DNA from: an uncultured archaeon
Lineage (GTDB): Archaea > Aenigmatarchaeota > Aenigmatarchaeia > PWEA01 > JAGHBM01
NCBI GenBank assembly: GCA_964640225.1
Contig: CAZXFI010000001.1
Location: forward strand, 119,321 to 183,320
Direction of reading: 5' to 3'
Length of the DNA stretch: 64,000 nt
Of this stretch, positions 36,714-46,079 are shown in pieces (position 1 is the first letter of the stretch; each line of letters begins with the position of its first letter). The notes beneath the pieces were generated by a model. That model saw only the letters and a program-made list of their open reading frames with translations. It did no database searches and was not told where the DNA came from. The translations under genes were made by a program, and so were the position numbers.

Positions 36714-37435
36714 ATTTCTGACTTGTGTATTACCAGGCCCCTGTCAGCGATTTCAAAGGGATGAGTATTCGTCGAGTGCTTCGTGTTTCTCATTTTTCTC
36801 ACCTGCATTGACCTGAAGCCGCTTTCTCCTATTCCGGTGAAGAAGAGTATTATTGAGGCGTCGGCCACGTACTCCTCCACGCCGAACCTGGGCGCAAATT
36901 CCAGGTCTTCCTTGGTTTCGGAGGTAAGCACGGAAGTGGCGTTCGTGGCCTTCAGGGCGCATATAAGCTTGTAGAGCTCGCGCCTTATGTCATGCGACTC
37001 CTTGAAGTAAAGCCCGAGAAGGGAAACCGAGTCCACCACCACGCGTGTTATTTTCTGCCGGATTATCTCGTTCTCCAGGCGCGTGGTTATGTCCGTGGTC
37101 TGGAACGGGTCCTTGTGTGTTATTATGAGCTTGCCTTTTTTCTCGTATTTTTCAAAGTCCCAGCCAAAGGCCAGGGCATCGTGCTTTATCTCCTCCGGTA
37201 TCTCCTCAAAGGTTATGTACATGCAGTTCTCTCCCTTCTGGAGACCCTCCCAGATGAACTGGCAGGAGAAAATGGTCTTGCCCGCCCCGGCGGGGCCGGT
37301 AACAAGAATAGTGTGGCCCTTCAGGAACCCCCCGCCCAGAAGGCTGTCCAGCCCGGGTATCCCTGTCTTTATCCTTTCCGAGTACATCTTTCTGGAATTT
37401 TTCCGGGGAGCATTTGCCATGTTACTTATTTGCAA
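36710..37435 (-). CDS. Single-domain KaiC-like ATPase
   Basis: Walker A GPAGAGKT. 241 aa. Paralog of 34177-34890. Confidence 0.7.
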   Translation of the reverse strand: MQISNMANAPRKNSRKMYSERIKTGIPGLDSLLGGGFLKGHTILVTGPAGAGKTIFSCQFIWEGLQKGENCMYITFEEIPEEIKHDALAFGWDFEKYEKKGKLIITHKDPFQTTDITTRLENEIIRQKITRVVVDSVSLLGLYFKESHDIRRELYKLICALKATNATSVLTSETKEDLEFAPRFGVEEYVADASIILFFTGIGESGFRSMQVRKMRNTKHSTNTHPFEIADRGLVIHKSEI

Positions 37436-37454
37436 TCAATAACTTAAAAAACTA

Positions 37455-37964
37455 TCATAACTCCAGTTCCGGCCTTTCAAGAATTATCCTGAACCACGGG
37501 GTATACTTTTCCGGGTTCTCTTCCACATCCTTCCTCAGTTCTTCCGGGCTTATCCACATGTAGTCCCCAATCTCCTCTGGGTTGGGGTCCGGCTTTCCGT
37601 CATAAGTTCCCACGAAAACATGGTCAAACTCCCACTCCGTGAGCCCGTTGTCAAATCCGGCCCTGTATATGAAGGTGAAAAGCTCCTTAAATTCCGTGTC
37701 AAAGCCGAACTCCTCTTTCAGCCTCCTGTGAGCGGCCTCCCCCGTAACCTCGCCAGGCCTCGGGTGGCTGCAACAGGTGTTGGTCCACAAGCCCCCGCAG
37801 TGGTACTTGGAAAGAGCTCTCTGCTGGAGCAGGAGCTCGCCTTTGGAATTGAAAACGAGTATGGAGAAGCACCGGTGGAGTTTCCCCCCGTTCTGGTGGG
37901 CCTTTAGCTTTTCCTCCGCTCCGATTTGGTTATCGTTTTCATCGACAAGTATCACTTGCTCCAT
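37455..37964 (-). CDS. idi: Isopentenyl-diphosphate delta-isomerase, type 1 (Nudix)
   Basis: 169 aa with conserved Cys (TNTCCSHP) and the type-1 Nudix IDI pattern. Confidence 0.8.
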   Translation of the reverse strand: MEQVILVDENDNQIGAEEKLKAHQNGGKLHRCFSILVFNSKGELLLQQRALSKYHCGGLWTNTCCSHPRPGEVTGEAAHRRLKEEFGFDTEFKELFTFIYRAGFDNGLTEWEFDHVFVGTYDGKPDPNPEEIGDYMWISPEELRKDVEENPEKYTPWFRIILERPELEL

Positions 37965-38146
37965 GTATTTTCTTGTGTACTTGTATTTAAATTTGTTAAA
38001 AGGAAAATACGGGGTTTGTCGTAGTTTTCAAGTATTTAAGCCTTGAAAAAGTTAATATGCAGGTGAAACATGGTACAAACTATTGGAATTGTCGAAGTCA
38101 CATTTAAATGTAATCCAGCCAAAATCTTTGCATTTGAGGTGATTAA

Positions 38147-39217
38147 TTGTCCGAGATTGATATCATAAAGGAGCTGGAAAGCAAGAAAGCTCTGATAAAC
38201 AAGATAATTGAGAAATACGTTCCCAGAAAATACGACAGGGAATCCCTGGTATTCACGCTGGGCAAACCCAGGTTTGAGTACGACGAGGAGGCTTCCACAA
38301 AGGCCATAGCCGAGCCCATCTGGGAGTTCCTGGACAGGGGAGGAAAAAGGTGGAGACCGGCCCTGTTCCTGCTAGTGGTTGAGGCGCTCGGGGGAGACCC
38401 GGAAAAGGTTTACGATTTTGTTCTTATACCGGAGCTTGTGCACAACGGCACGCTCTTCGTGGACGACATAGAGGACAACTCCGAGATGAGGAGGGGGAGA
38501 CCGTGCAGTCATCTTGTATTTGGAACGGACGTGGCAATAAACTGCGGCAACGCCCTGTACTTCATTCCCCTGATTTCTCTGATAAAAAACGGGAAGGAAT
38601 TTGACGACACCATCATAAAGAAAGTTTACGAAATCTACATACAGGAAATGATAAACCTGTCTTTCGGCCAGGCCATGGACATATCATGGCACAAGGGTTT
38701 GGCCAACGCCAACGACCTCACCGAAAAGCAGTACCTGCAGATGTGCGCGTACAAGACGGGCACGCTGGCAAGGATGTCCGCCAAGATGGCGGCCCTGCTT
38801 TCCGGGGCAAGCAACGAGCAGATTGAAACCATGGGCAAGTTCGCGGAGTCCATAGGGGTGGCCTTCCAGATAAAGGATGACGTCATGAACATAGAAGGCG
38901 GGCTTGGTAAGGAGCACGGAGATGACATAAACGAGGGAAAAAGGACGCTCCTGGTGGTTCATACCCTGCGCGTGGCTTCTCAAGAGGACAGGAACAGACT
39001 CATAGAGATACTTGGCATGCACACGAAAGACAAGAAGCTGATAGATGAGGCCATAAAAATACTCAAAAAGTACGACTCGGTGGAATACGCGAAGAACTTT
39101 GCGGTAAAAATGATGAAAGACACGTGGGCCGAGGTGGACGAGGCGCTGCCCGATTCTGATGCCAAGAAGAAGCTGGAGGCCTTCGTGCACTACCTGGCCG
39201 CGGGAAGAAAAAATTAA
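38147..39217 (+). CDS. idsA: Geranylgeranyl diphosphate synthase (trans-polyprenyl synthetase)
   Basis: FARM LFVDDIEDNSEMRRGRP and SARM FQIKDDVMN. Confidence 0.85.
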   Translation: MSEIDIIKELESKKALINKIIEKYVPRKYDRESLVFTLGKPRFEYDEEASTKAIAEPIWEFLDRGGKRWRPALFLLVVEALGGDPEKVYDFVLIPELVHNGTLFVDDIEDNSEMRRGRPCSHLVFGTDVAINCGNALYFIPLISLIKNGKEFDDTIIKKVYEIYIQEMINLSFGQAMDISWHKGLANANDLTEKQYLQMCAYKTGTLARMSAKMAALLSGASNEQIETMGKFAESIGVAFQIKDDVMNIEGGLGKEHGDDINEGKRTLLVVHTLRVASQEDRNRLIEILGMHTKDKKLIDEAIKILKKYDSVEYAKNFAVKMMKDTWAEVDEALPDSDAKKKLEAFVHYLAAGRKN

Positions 39218-39358
39218 AGAGGTGAAAAAATATGGGAAGGATTGGACTTTCAGGCATTGACTATTATAAATCTGACCAGGATTCAGAGATTATAGGTAAA
39301 AAATTAGAAACGTATGAAAACGGCGTCTCATACAGGTTGCCGGTAAACCACAACGGAC

Positions 39359-40006
39359 GTGATACTCTTTAGTGAAAAGTGTTTCATAACGGACGTGGAC
39401 GGGGCAATAGGAGACTGTACCAGGGCCGCGGCCGAGATTAAGCTGGAAAAAGCCTATGAGAGGTACAAGAACAGCCCGGCCAGGATAGTGCTGGAAGAAC
39501 TGCCGGAGATGGGCATGGGGCTCATGAGGACCATGAACTACCTTGCACGAAATTTTGACGTTTATCCCGGGGTAAAGGAAACCCTGGAAACCTTCGGGGA
39601 CAGGGGATACGAGCTCTGCTTCTGCACCGACAATCCCATATTCAGCGTTGAGGAAAACAAGGACGTGCTGCTGGAAAAGGTTCTGGGAAGGAAAGTGGAT
39701 GAGTACGCCAACGAGGTTTTTACCAGTCTCATCGCGGAAAAAGGCCCGGAACCTAAAATAAAAATGAACGGAAGCAAGGTTGAGTATATAGAGAAAAAGC
39801 TCAGGAAGGCTAAAAAGGGCATTCTCGTGGTGGATGACAAGAATGATTTTGAGTCGGCCGCTTACGCGAAGGGCCTCCACAACGTCATGAATATCAAAGT
39901 GAAGAGGAACTGCGCCAGGCTTTTCAACGGCTGCGTTGACCTTTACCTGGATAACTTCTCTGACATAACCAAAAACGAGATTGTAAGCGAAAGATTCCTG
40001 AACTAG
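39359..40006 (+). CDS. HAD-superfamily hydrolase-like protein
   Basis: FITDVDGAIGD (DxDG motif I) and ILVVDDKND (motif IV). The start is uncertain. Confidence 0.4.
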   Translation: MILFSEKCFITDVDGAIGDCTRAAAEIKLEKAYERYKNSPARIVLEELPEMGMGLMRTMNYLARNFDVYPGVKETLETFGDRGYELCFCTDNPIFSVEENKDVLLEKVLGRKVDEYANEVFTSLIAEKGPEPKIKMNGSKVEYIEKKLRKAKKGILVVDDKNDFESAAYAKGLHNVMNIKVKRNCARLFNGCVDLYLDNFSDITKNEIVSERFLN

Positions 40007-41665
40007 CTACATGAAATCCAATTCTTCTATTCCCATAAGTTCCAGGCAGTTTCTCATGACAAGAATAAAAGCCTGTACAAGGGCAAGCCTCTCCTTTTCT
40101 TTTTCGGCCCCCACAACAGGGCAGGACTCGTAGAATTTTGAGAAAAGCGAGGCCAGCTCATAGGCGTAGTTTGCAACAAAGTGGGGTTTGTAGTTTTCCG
40201 CAGCTCTTTTCACGACCTCCGGGAACTTGGCCAGTTTTTTCGCCAGTTCAAACTCTTCGGCCCCGTCTAGTTTTCCAATTTTCGGGGCCTGTTTAGCTTT
40301 TTCCAGAATTTTTTTGGCACGGACCAGCGAGTACTGTAGATAAGGCCCTGTCTCCCCCTCCAGGGAAAGTGACTCCTCCGGCCTGAATACAAAATCCTTG
40401 TACTCGTCATACTTCAAAAGGAAGAATTTTATCGCGGCCAGGGAAATCTTCTCCGCAAGCTCCTTGTCTGCGTTGCCTCTTTTCTTTAACTCCTTTTCAG
40501 CCATTCTCTTTACCTCGTCCATCAGGTCATCCGCATCAACCACGGTTCCCTCCCTTGACTTCATTTTACCGGATGGCAGGCTTATGTAGCCATAGTTTAG
40601 ATGCACATTTTCCTTGGCAAAGCTAAAGCCAAGCTTTCTCAACTCATCAAGAAGCTTGAAAAGCACGTCAAAATGGTAGTTCTGCTCGTTGGAGACCACG
40701 TAAACAGACTTGTCCATCCCGAAATCTTTGTACTTGAGCGCGGCCAGATACAAATCCTGAGTTACGTAAAGCGTGGTTCCGTCCGCCCGGACAAGGAATT
40801 TCTTGTCCAGACCATGCTTGCTGAGGTCAAAGAAAATTGCCCCGGTATCGTCCTTATGGAAAATCCCCTTCTCCAGTCCGTTCATGACCATGTCCTTTCC
40901 CATCTTGTACATCTGACTTTCCCTGTAAACCTTGTCGAAGCGTACGCCAAACCTTTTGAAAGTCTCCTCCATGCCAGACTCTGCCCACTGGTTCATTTTC
41001 TTCCAAATACCCAGGACTTCCTTGTCTCCCCTTTCCCATTTCCTTAGCATTTCCTGGGCTTCCTTCTCAAGCTCCGGATTTTCCTTTGCCTTCTTTGCAA
41101 AAAGAACGTAAAAATCCCCCACAAAATGGTCACTCTTTCCTTCCGGCACCCTTTCCTCCCCCCATTTCTGGTAGGCCAGCATTGACTTGCAGATGTGTAT
41201 GCCACGGTCATTCAGCAGATTGGCCCGGATTACTTTGGAACCGTTCTTTTCAAAAATCCTTGAAATAGACTCCCCGATGGCCATGTTCCTCATGTGCCCG
41301 ACATGCAGAGGCTTGTTCGTATTGGGAGCCGGGTATTCCACCATTATTTTGCCTCCAGCCCTACCGGAGCCGTAATCATTCTTCCTGGCCTCCTTTACCA
41401 CGGCCTCGGAGAACTTGTCCCTGTCAAAAAAGAAGTTAACGTAAGGCCCCACAAACTTTACGTCCGTGAAAACAGAGCCCTTCAGGTCCAACTTGGTCGC
41501 GATTTCCTTGGCCACCTCTACCGGGCTTTTTCCCTCCTTTTTGGCCAGCAAGAAGCAGGGAAATGCGAGGTCCCCCATTTCCGGGTCCGGCGGCTCCTCC
41601 ATCGCCCCGGCGAATCCGGCCTCCTTTAAAATCCGCTGGGCCTCCTTCCTGAAATCATCAAACAT
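40007..41665 (-). CDS. argS: Arginyl-tRNA synthetase
   Basis: 552 aa. HIGH is present as PLHVGHMRN. GKMKSREG is the ArgRS equivalent of KMSKS. Confidence 0.9.
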   Translation of the reverse strand: MFDDFRKEAQRILKEAGFAGAMEEPPDPEMGDLAFPCFLLAKKEGKSPVEVAKEIATKLDLKGSVFTDVKFVGPYVNFFFDRDKFSEAVVKEARKNDYGSGRAGGKIMVEYPAPNTNKPLHVGHMRNMAIGESISRIFEKNGSKVIRANLLNDRGIHICKSMLAYQKWGEERVPEGKSDHFVGDFYVLFAKKAKENPELEKEAQEMLRKWERGDKEVLGIWKKMNQWAESGMEETFKRFGVRFDKVYRESQMYKMGKDMVMNGLEKGIFHKDDTGAIFFDLSKHGLDKKFLVRADGTTLYVTQDLYLAALKYKDFGMDKSVYVVSNEQNYHFDVLFKLLDELRKLGFSFAKENVHLNYGYISLPSGKMKSREGTVVDADDLMDEVKRMAEKELKKRGNADKELAEKISLAAIKFFLLKYDEYKDFVFRPEESLSLEGETGPYLQYSLVRAKKILEKAKQAPKIGKLDGAEEFELAKKLAKFPEVVKRAAENYKPHFVANYAYELASLFSKFYESCPVVGAEKEKERLALVQAFILVMRNCLELMGIEELDFM

Positions 41666-41689
41666 AAGAAGTATTGGTGAAACGAATAG

Positions 41690-42535
41690 TTAAAACTTGT
41701 GGCCCATGTTCTCAAAAACTTGCCTCATTTTTAGCGAGTCTTTTTCCAGAACCGGGCTCTCCGAGATTATGGTTATGTCCTGCTCTGAGGCCAGGATGGC
41801 TTTGCAGACTGTTTCCACCGGAGGGTTTTCCATGGTGTCCTTGAATGTAAGGTGCCGGCGCTCCCCCTTGTCCGTGTACTCTATCTGGGAGAAATGGGAG
41901 TGAAGGTGTTTCAGTTTTTTCACCTTGTTCATAATCTCCCCGTAATCCACGTTGCCCTGATAGCGGGCCCAAATGTGCGCGAAATCCAGGCACAGGGTAC
42001 AGTTTTTATCCCTGATTTCCTTCAGAAGCATTCCAAGCTCGTCCAGGGAACCGAACTGGGAGGCTTTTCCGGTGGTTTCGGGGGCTATCTGCACCTTCCA
42101 GCCCCTTTCACGTATTTTGTCCGTAATCTCCAGAACGCCTGATTTCACGAATTCATAGGTTTCCTGCGGTGTATAACGGCCGTAGAAGCCCGGGTGGAAA
42201 ACAACAGGGCCCGCCCCCATGTAGCTGGCAAGCTCGCATGACCGCAAAATGCGGGACTTGGAGGCTCCTATTTTATCGGGCTCCGCGGAGGCAAGGTTTA
42301 CAAAATAAGGGGCGTGAACCGAAAGCCTTACCCCTGTTTCCTTTGCAACCTCCCCCACTTCCCTGGCTTTCTCCTTTTTTATCTGGATTCCATGAGTGAA
42401 TTCCACTTCCATGGCATCCAGGCCAGTTTCCCTTACTTTTCTTACCCCTGCAGGCGTTCCCTCTCCTTTTGAGCTCAGGGGAATACCCGCGGGTCCCAGA
42501 AGTATTTTCATGATAAGAATATTCAGCGGATTCAA
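41690..42535 (-). CDS. nfo: Endonuclease IV (AP endonuclease family 2)
   Basis: TIM-barrel AP-endonuclease motifs (HAPYFVNLAS, CLDFAHIWA). 281 aa. Confidence 0.75.
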   Translation of the reverse strand: MNPLNILIMKILLGPAGIPLSSKGEGTPAGVRKVRETGLDAMEVEFTHGIQIKKEKAREVGEVAKETGVRLSVHAPYFVNLASAEPDKIGASKSRILRSCELASYMGAGPVVFHPGFYGRYTPQETYEFVKSGVLEITDKIRERGWKVQIAPETTGKASQFGSLDELGMLLKEIRDKNCTLCLDFAHIWARYQGNVDYGEIMNKVKKLKHLHSHFSQIEYTDKGERRHLTFKDTMENPPVETVCKAILASEQDITIISESPVLEKDSLKMRQVFENMGHKF

Positions 42536-42543
42536 TAAATAGC

Positions 42544-42699
42544 TTAGAGGTAAACGTAAAGAAGTATCTCCAGTATTACCAGGCCGGTTATAAGGCCCAC
42601 TACGTGCTCCGGTTTGAGCCTCACGGCTTCCGGGCTTTCGTCAAAATACCTTGTCAGTCCCGCAGTGCTCATGGGCATGCTTTGTTTGTCTTTGGCCAT
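42544..42699 (-). CDS. Preprotein translocase subunit Sec61-beta (SecG, archaeal)
   Basis: The track missed this 51-aa ORF: MAKDKQSMPMSTAGLTRYFDESPEAVRLKPEHVVGLITGLVILEILLYVYL. It has the conserved GL.RYFDE motif and a C-terminal TM helix. Confidence 0.55.
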   Translation of the reverse strand: MAKDKQSMPMSTAGLTRYFDESPEAVRLKPEHVVGLITGLVILEILLYVYL

Positions 42700-42771
42700 T
42701 GTTAAAACTAGCACGCATAAATATAAAAAGTTTATATTTAGGTTTTCCGTAATTAGTCTAGAGGTGAATTA
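42700..42771. promoter_or_regulatory. Divergent promoter region between Sec61-beta (minus) and ORF 42772 (plus)
   Basis: TAAATATAAAAAG and TTTATATTT elements. A GAGGTGA Shine-Dalgarno lies 6 nt before the 42772 ATG. Confidence 0.35.
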
Positions 42772-43068
42772 ATGCCAAAAAAGAAGGGTGTTAAGAAAAA
42801 AACCGCGGAAAATAAAATAAAAGACGCTCCGGAAGACAAGAGATTCTGGCTTTGTGACGGAAGAGTTCTTAAGAACTGCAGGGATTTGGAGCAGGCCTTG
42901 AGGACCATGAGTGACGGTACATATAACTATCATGTAAACGGAAACAAGAACGACTTTCACAACTGGATAAAGTATGTTTTCAAGGATACAAAGCTTGCCA
43001 ACGACGTCAAAAAGTCAAGAAACAGGGTAACCGCGGCCAACAAGCTAAAGAAAAAGCTCCATTTATAG
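42772..43068 (+). CDS. Small basic hypothetical protein
   Basis: 98 aa, Lys-rich at both termini. A GAGGTGA Shine-Dalgarno lies 6 nt upstream. Confidence 0.35.
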   Translation: MPKKKGVKKKTAENKIKDAPEDKRFWLCDGRVLKNCRDLEQALRTMSDGTYNYHVNGNKNDFHNWIKYVFKDTKLANDVKKSRNRVTAANKLKKKLHL

Positions 43069-43101
43069 TTTTGTCTCTTCGCCTCTGATGGAGGAGACTT
43101 T

Positions 43102-44913
43102 ATGGGTTTAAACAAAGTTCTGAAACTTATTGATGTATTATACGAAGTTTCCTACGAGGCGGGAAACCGCATAGGGGGCATACACACAGTCCTGGCTTCC
43201 AAGGCCAAGTACCTCAAGAAAATTTACGGCAACAACTACGTGACGATAGGCTTCTACAACAAGAAAAACGCCGCCATGGAAGTCATAGAGAAGGAGCCCC
43301 CTTCCCACATGAAAAAGGCTTTCGGCGAGCTGGAAAAGGAGGGCATCCGGTGCGTTTACGGCCTCTGGGCTGATGCCCACGATGTGCCCATAATACTGGT
43401 GGACTCCTTGGTGTTCCAGCGGGACAACATAGACACCATAAACAGGATTCTCTGGGAGAAGTACAAAATAGACTCGCTGAATACGTGGAACGACTACAGG
43501 GAGCCTGTGGCCTGGTCTTATGCCGTGGGAAAGCTCCTTGAAAAGCTTGCGAAAAGCCAGCCGAAGAAAAAGGCAGTCGCGCACTTCCACGAATGGCTTT
43601 CCGGTGCCGGGATACTGTATATGAAGATGAAAAAAGTCGGCATGCCCACAGTTTTCACGACCCATGCCACCACGCTGGGCAGAACCATGGCCTCCATGAA
43701 CGATATGTCTTTCATGAGCGGAAAGATAAGCCCCGAGGAGAAAGCCTACCAGTACGGAGTGGCGTCCAAGCACCTCATGGAAAAGGTATCGGCGGCGGAA
43801 GCCGATGTTTTCACCACGGTAAGCGATGTGGTGGGAGAGGAAGTAAAGCTTGTTCTGGAAAAGGAAGCGGATATAATAACCGTTAACGCCCTGGATTTTG
43901 AGGAAATCCCCTCGCAGAACGAGCTCTCCGTTGAGAAAGCCAAGTACAGGAAAAGGATGAACGAGTTCATAAGGGCTTACTTTGCCCCGTACTACCCATT
44001 TGACATCCAGAACTACCCGGTTATGTTTACCGCGGGGAGGTACGAATTTGAGAACAAGGGCTACGATGTTTTCATAGACGCCCTGGGCGAGCTTAACAAA
44101 AGGCTTAAGAACACAAAAAGTTATGTGATAGTTTTCATATGGGTTCCGCGCGGTACCATAGCGCCTAAAGACGAAGTTATAAGCAACCTGCTTCTCTACG
44201 ACAGGCTGAAAGAAATACTGGACTCGGACTGGGAGGACATAAAGGAAAGTATAATTTCAAAGCTGTCCCACGGGGAAGCCATAGAAAAAACCGACATAAT
44301 ATCCAACAAGATTCTTGCCGACATAAAAACCAGCTTCAACAAGATAAGGAGCCGGAAGGGTCTCAATCCCCCCGTGAACGCCTTTGAGCTTTCCTCAAGC
44401 GAGAATGAAGACCCCATAATCAAAAGGCTTAAGGAAAACGGGCTTGAAAACAGGGAAAGTGACCGGGTGAAGATTATCTTCTACCCGGTTTATTTGAACA
44501 GGGAGGACGAGCTCCTGGGGCTTGACTACAAGGAAGCCCTTATATCGTCGGACATCGGGGTAATGCTTTCGCGCTACGAGCCCTGGGGCTACATGGGTCA
44601 CGAAACCGCGGTTTACGGAAACATCTCCCTCACCACGGACTACACGGGCTTCGGCAGGTTCGTCCAGAACAACTACAAGAACGGGGACGTGATAAATCCC
44701 GTGGAAGTTGTTGAAGCGGTGGGCAGGCCCAGGGAAGATGTGGTAAAAAGGGTGGCGAACCTGCTGGAAATCTACATAAGGATGAAAAAGGACGCCAGGA
44801 AAAAGATGCAGCTAAAGGCTTACGATGTAGCGAAGCTGGCATGCTGGGAAGAGCAGATAAAGAACTACATAAACTCATACATTCTTGCCCTGGAGAGGGC
44901 TATTCAGGCCTAG
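43102..44913 (+). CDS. Glycogen (starch) synthase, GT3-like
   Basis: N-terminal EVSYEAGNRIGGIHTVLASKAK resembles the GT3 glycogen synthase signature. 603 aa. Confidence 0.7.
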   Translation: MGLNKVLKLIDVLYEVSYEAGNRIGGIHTVLASKAKYLKKIYGNNYVTIGFYNKKNAAMEVIEKEPPSHMKKAFGELEKEGIRCVYGLWADAHDVPIILVDSLVFQRDNIDTINRILWEKYKIDSLNTWNDYREPVAWSYAVGKLLEKLAKSQPKKKAVAHFHEWLSGAGILYMKMKKVGMPTVFTTHATTLGRTMASMNDMSFMSGKISPEEKAYQYGVASKHLMEKVSAAEADVFTTVSDVVGEEVKLVLEKEADIITVNALDFEEIPSQNELSVEKAKYRKRMNEFIRAYFAPYYPFDIQNYPVMFTAGRYEFENKGYDVFIDALGELNKRLKNTKSYVIVFIWVPRGTIAPKDEVISNLLLYDRLKEILDSDWEDIKESIISKLSHGEAIEKTDIISNKILADIKTSFNKIRSRKGLNPPVNAFELSSSENEDPIIKRLKENGLENRESDRVKIIFYPVYLNREDELLGLDYKEALISSDIGVMLSRYEPWGYMGHETAVYGNISLTTDYTGFGRFVQNNYKNGDVINPVEVVEAVGRPREDVVKRVANLLEIYIRMKKDARKKMQLKAYDVAKLACWEEQIKNYINSYILALERAIQA

Positions 44914-46062
44914 TTCCAGCTTAAGATTTTTTAGAATGTTGATGTAATTTGAGTACGCCTCGTAGGGATTGACATATATGTTGAAATACTTGTGTATGTC
45001 CCCATCGGCAAACCACTTGGTGCACATATAGTAGAAGTGGTCCGAAGTCTGCAGCTTTCTCCAGATGTCTATAAGCTCCCTGTTCCCGGAGCCTGATATG
45101 AGGAGGCCGATTTCCTTCATTCTCTTGAACGCGCTGTCCTGCATCTTGTTGCCAAGCCAGGCGGAAAGGTCCCTGTCTATGTCCGCCCAGGAGAGTATTT
45201 GCGGTATGTCAATCCTGTCCTTCGCCTCCATTTCAACCAGCTCGCTTATCTTTGCCCACTCCAGGTGCGGGTACTTGGCCACTTCCTTCGGCAAGTATTC
45301 CAAAAAGTCAAAAATCCCCGTCTCCTTCCACTGGTGCTCCCCGAAGGTCTCGTAATCCAGGAAAAGGTTTATTGTCTGGCCCTGGGTTGAGGCAAGCCAT
45401 GAAGCGTATTTGTCCGCGGTCAGGGGGTATTCCTTCCAGTCTGCTGTGGAAAAGCGGAAACCTATGTCATCGCTTAGCCTGTAATTCCTCAGGAGGAGCT
45501 TTATGTTGGAAGTTCTGGGCTGGTATATGTAGTTGGGCGACCTCCAGCCGAGAATCTTGTCCCAGCCCTCGCCCACTATTCCTTTGTATCCCATCCTGCC
45601 AACCTTCTCGGCCATTTCATTGGAAAGCATGGCCTCCGTGTTCCTGAAGACCGAGGCATTGTGCCCGAATATGTCCCTTATGAGCTTGGTATGCATTCTC
45701 ACCTGTTCCGTGAATTCCTCCTCGGATATGAGGTAAGCAAGGGAATGGTAGTAAGTTTCGTTGAGAATGTCCATGTTTCCTGTCCTGTAAAGCTCCTGGT
45801 ACATGTCTATAACCTCCGGCTTGTAACGGAGGGCCTGCTCAATAAAAACTCCGGAAAACGAGAAGCTTACCTTGAAATCCGGGTGGTTTTTTACTATCTC
45901 TATGAGCTTCCTTGTGGTCGGTATGTAGCATTTGTTGGCCACTTTTTCAAAAATCTCCCTGTTCTTCCTGTCGTCAAAGTAATCCGAGCCCCTGGAGAAA
46001 TAATTGAAGCTGTTGAGTCTGAAGGGCTGGTGTACCTGAAAGTACATGCATATTTTTGTCAT
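44875..46062 (-). CDS. Glycoside hydrolase family 57 (alpha-amylase / 4-alpha-glucanotransferase-like)
   Basis: N-terminal MYFQVHQPFRL is a GH57 motif. 395 aa. Confidence 0.7.
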   Translation of the reverse strand: MTKICMYFQVHQPFRLNSFNYFSRGSDYFDDRKNREIFEKVANKCYIPTTRKLIEIVKNHPDFKVSFSFSGVFIEQALRYKPEVIDMYQELYRTGNMDILNETYYHSLAYLISEEEFTEQVRMHTKLIRDIFGHNASVFRNTEAMLSNEMAEKVGRMGYKGIVGEGWDKILGWRSPNYIYQPRTSNIKLLLRNYRLSDDIGFRFSTADWKEYPLTADKYASWLASTQGQTINLFLDYETFGEHQWKETGIFDFLEYLPKEVAKYPHLEWAKISELVEMEAKDRIDIPQILSWADIDRDLSAWLGNKMQDSAFKRMKEIGLLISGSGNRELIDIWRKLQTSDHFYYMCTKWFADGDIHKYFNIYVNPYEAYSNYINILKNLKLELGLNSPLQGKNV

Positions 46063-46079
46063 CTTCTCCCCGGTTTATA

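Noticed and set aside
39290-39880. 196-aa minus-strand ORF
   Set aside because: It is antisense to the HAD-like gene 39359-40006. It has no motifs and overlaps that gene completely.
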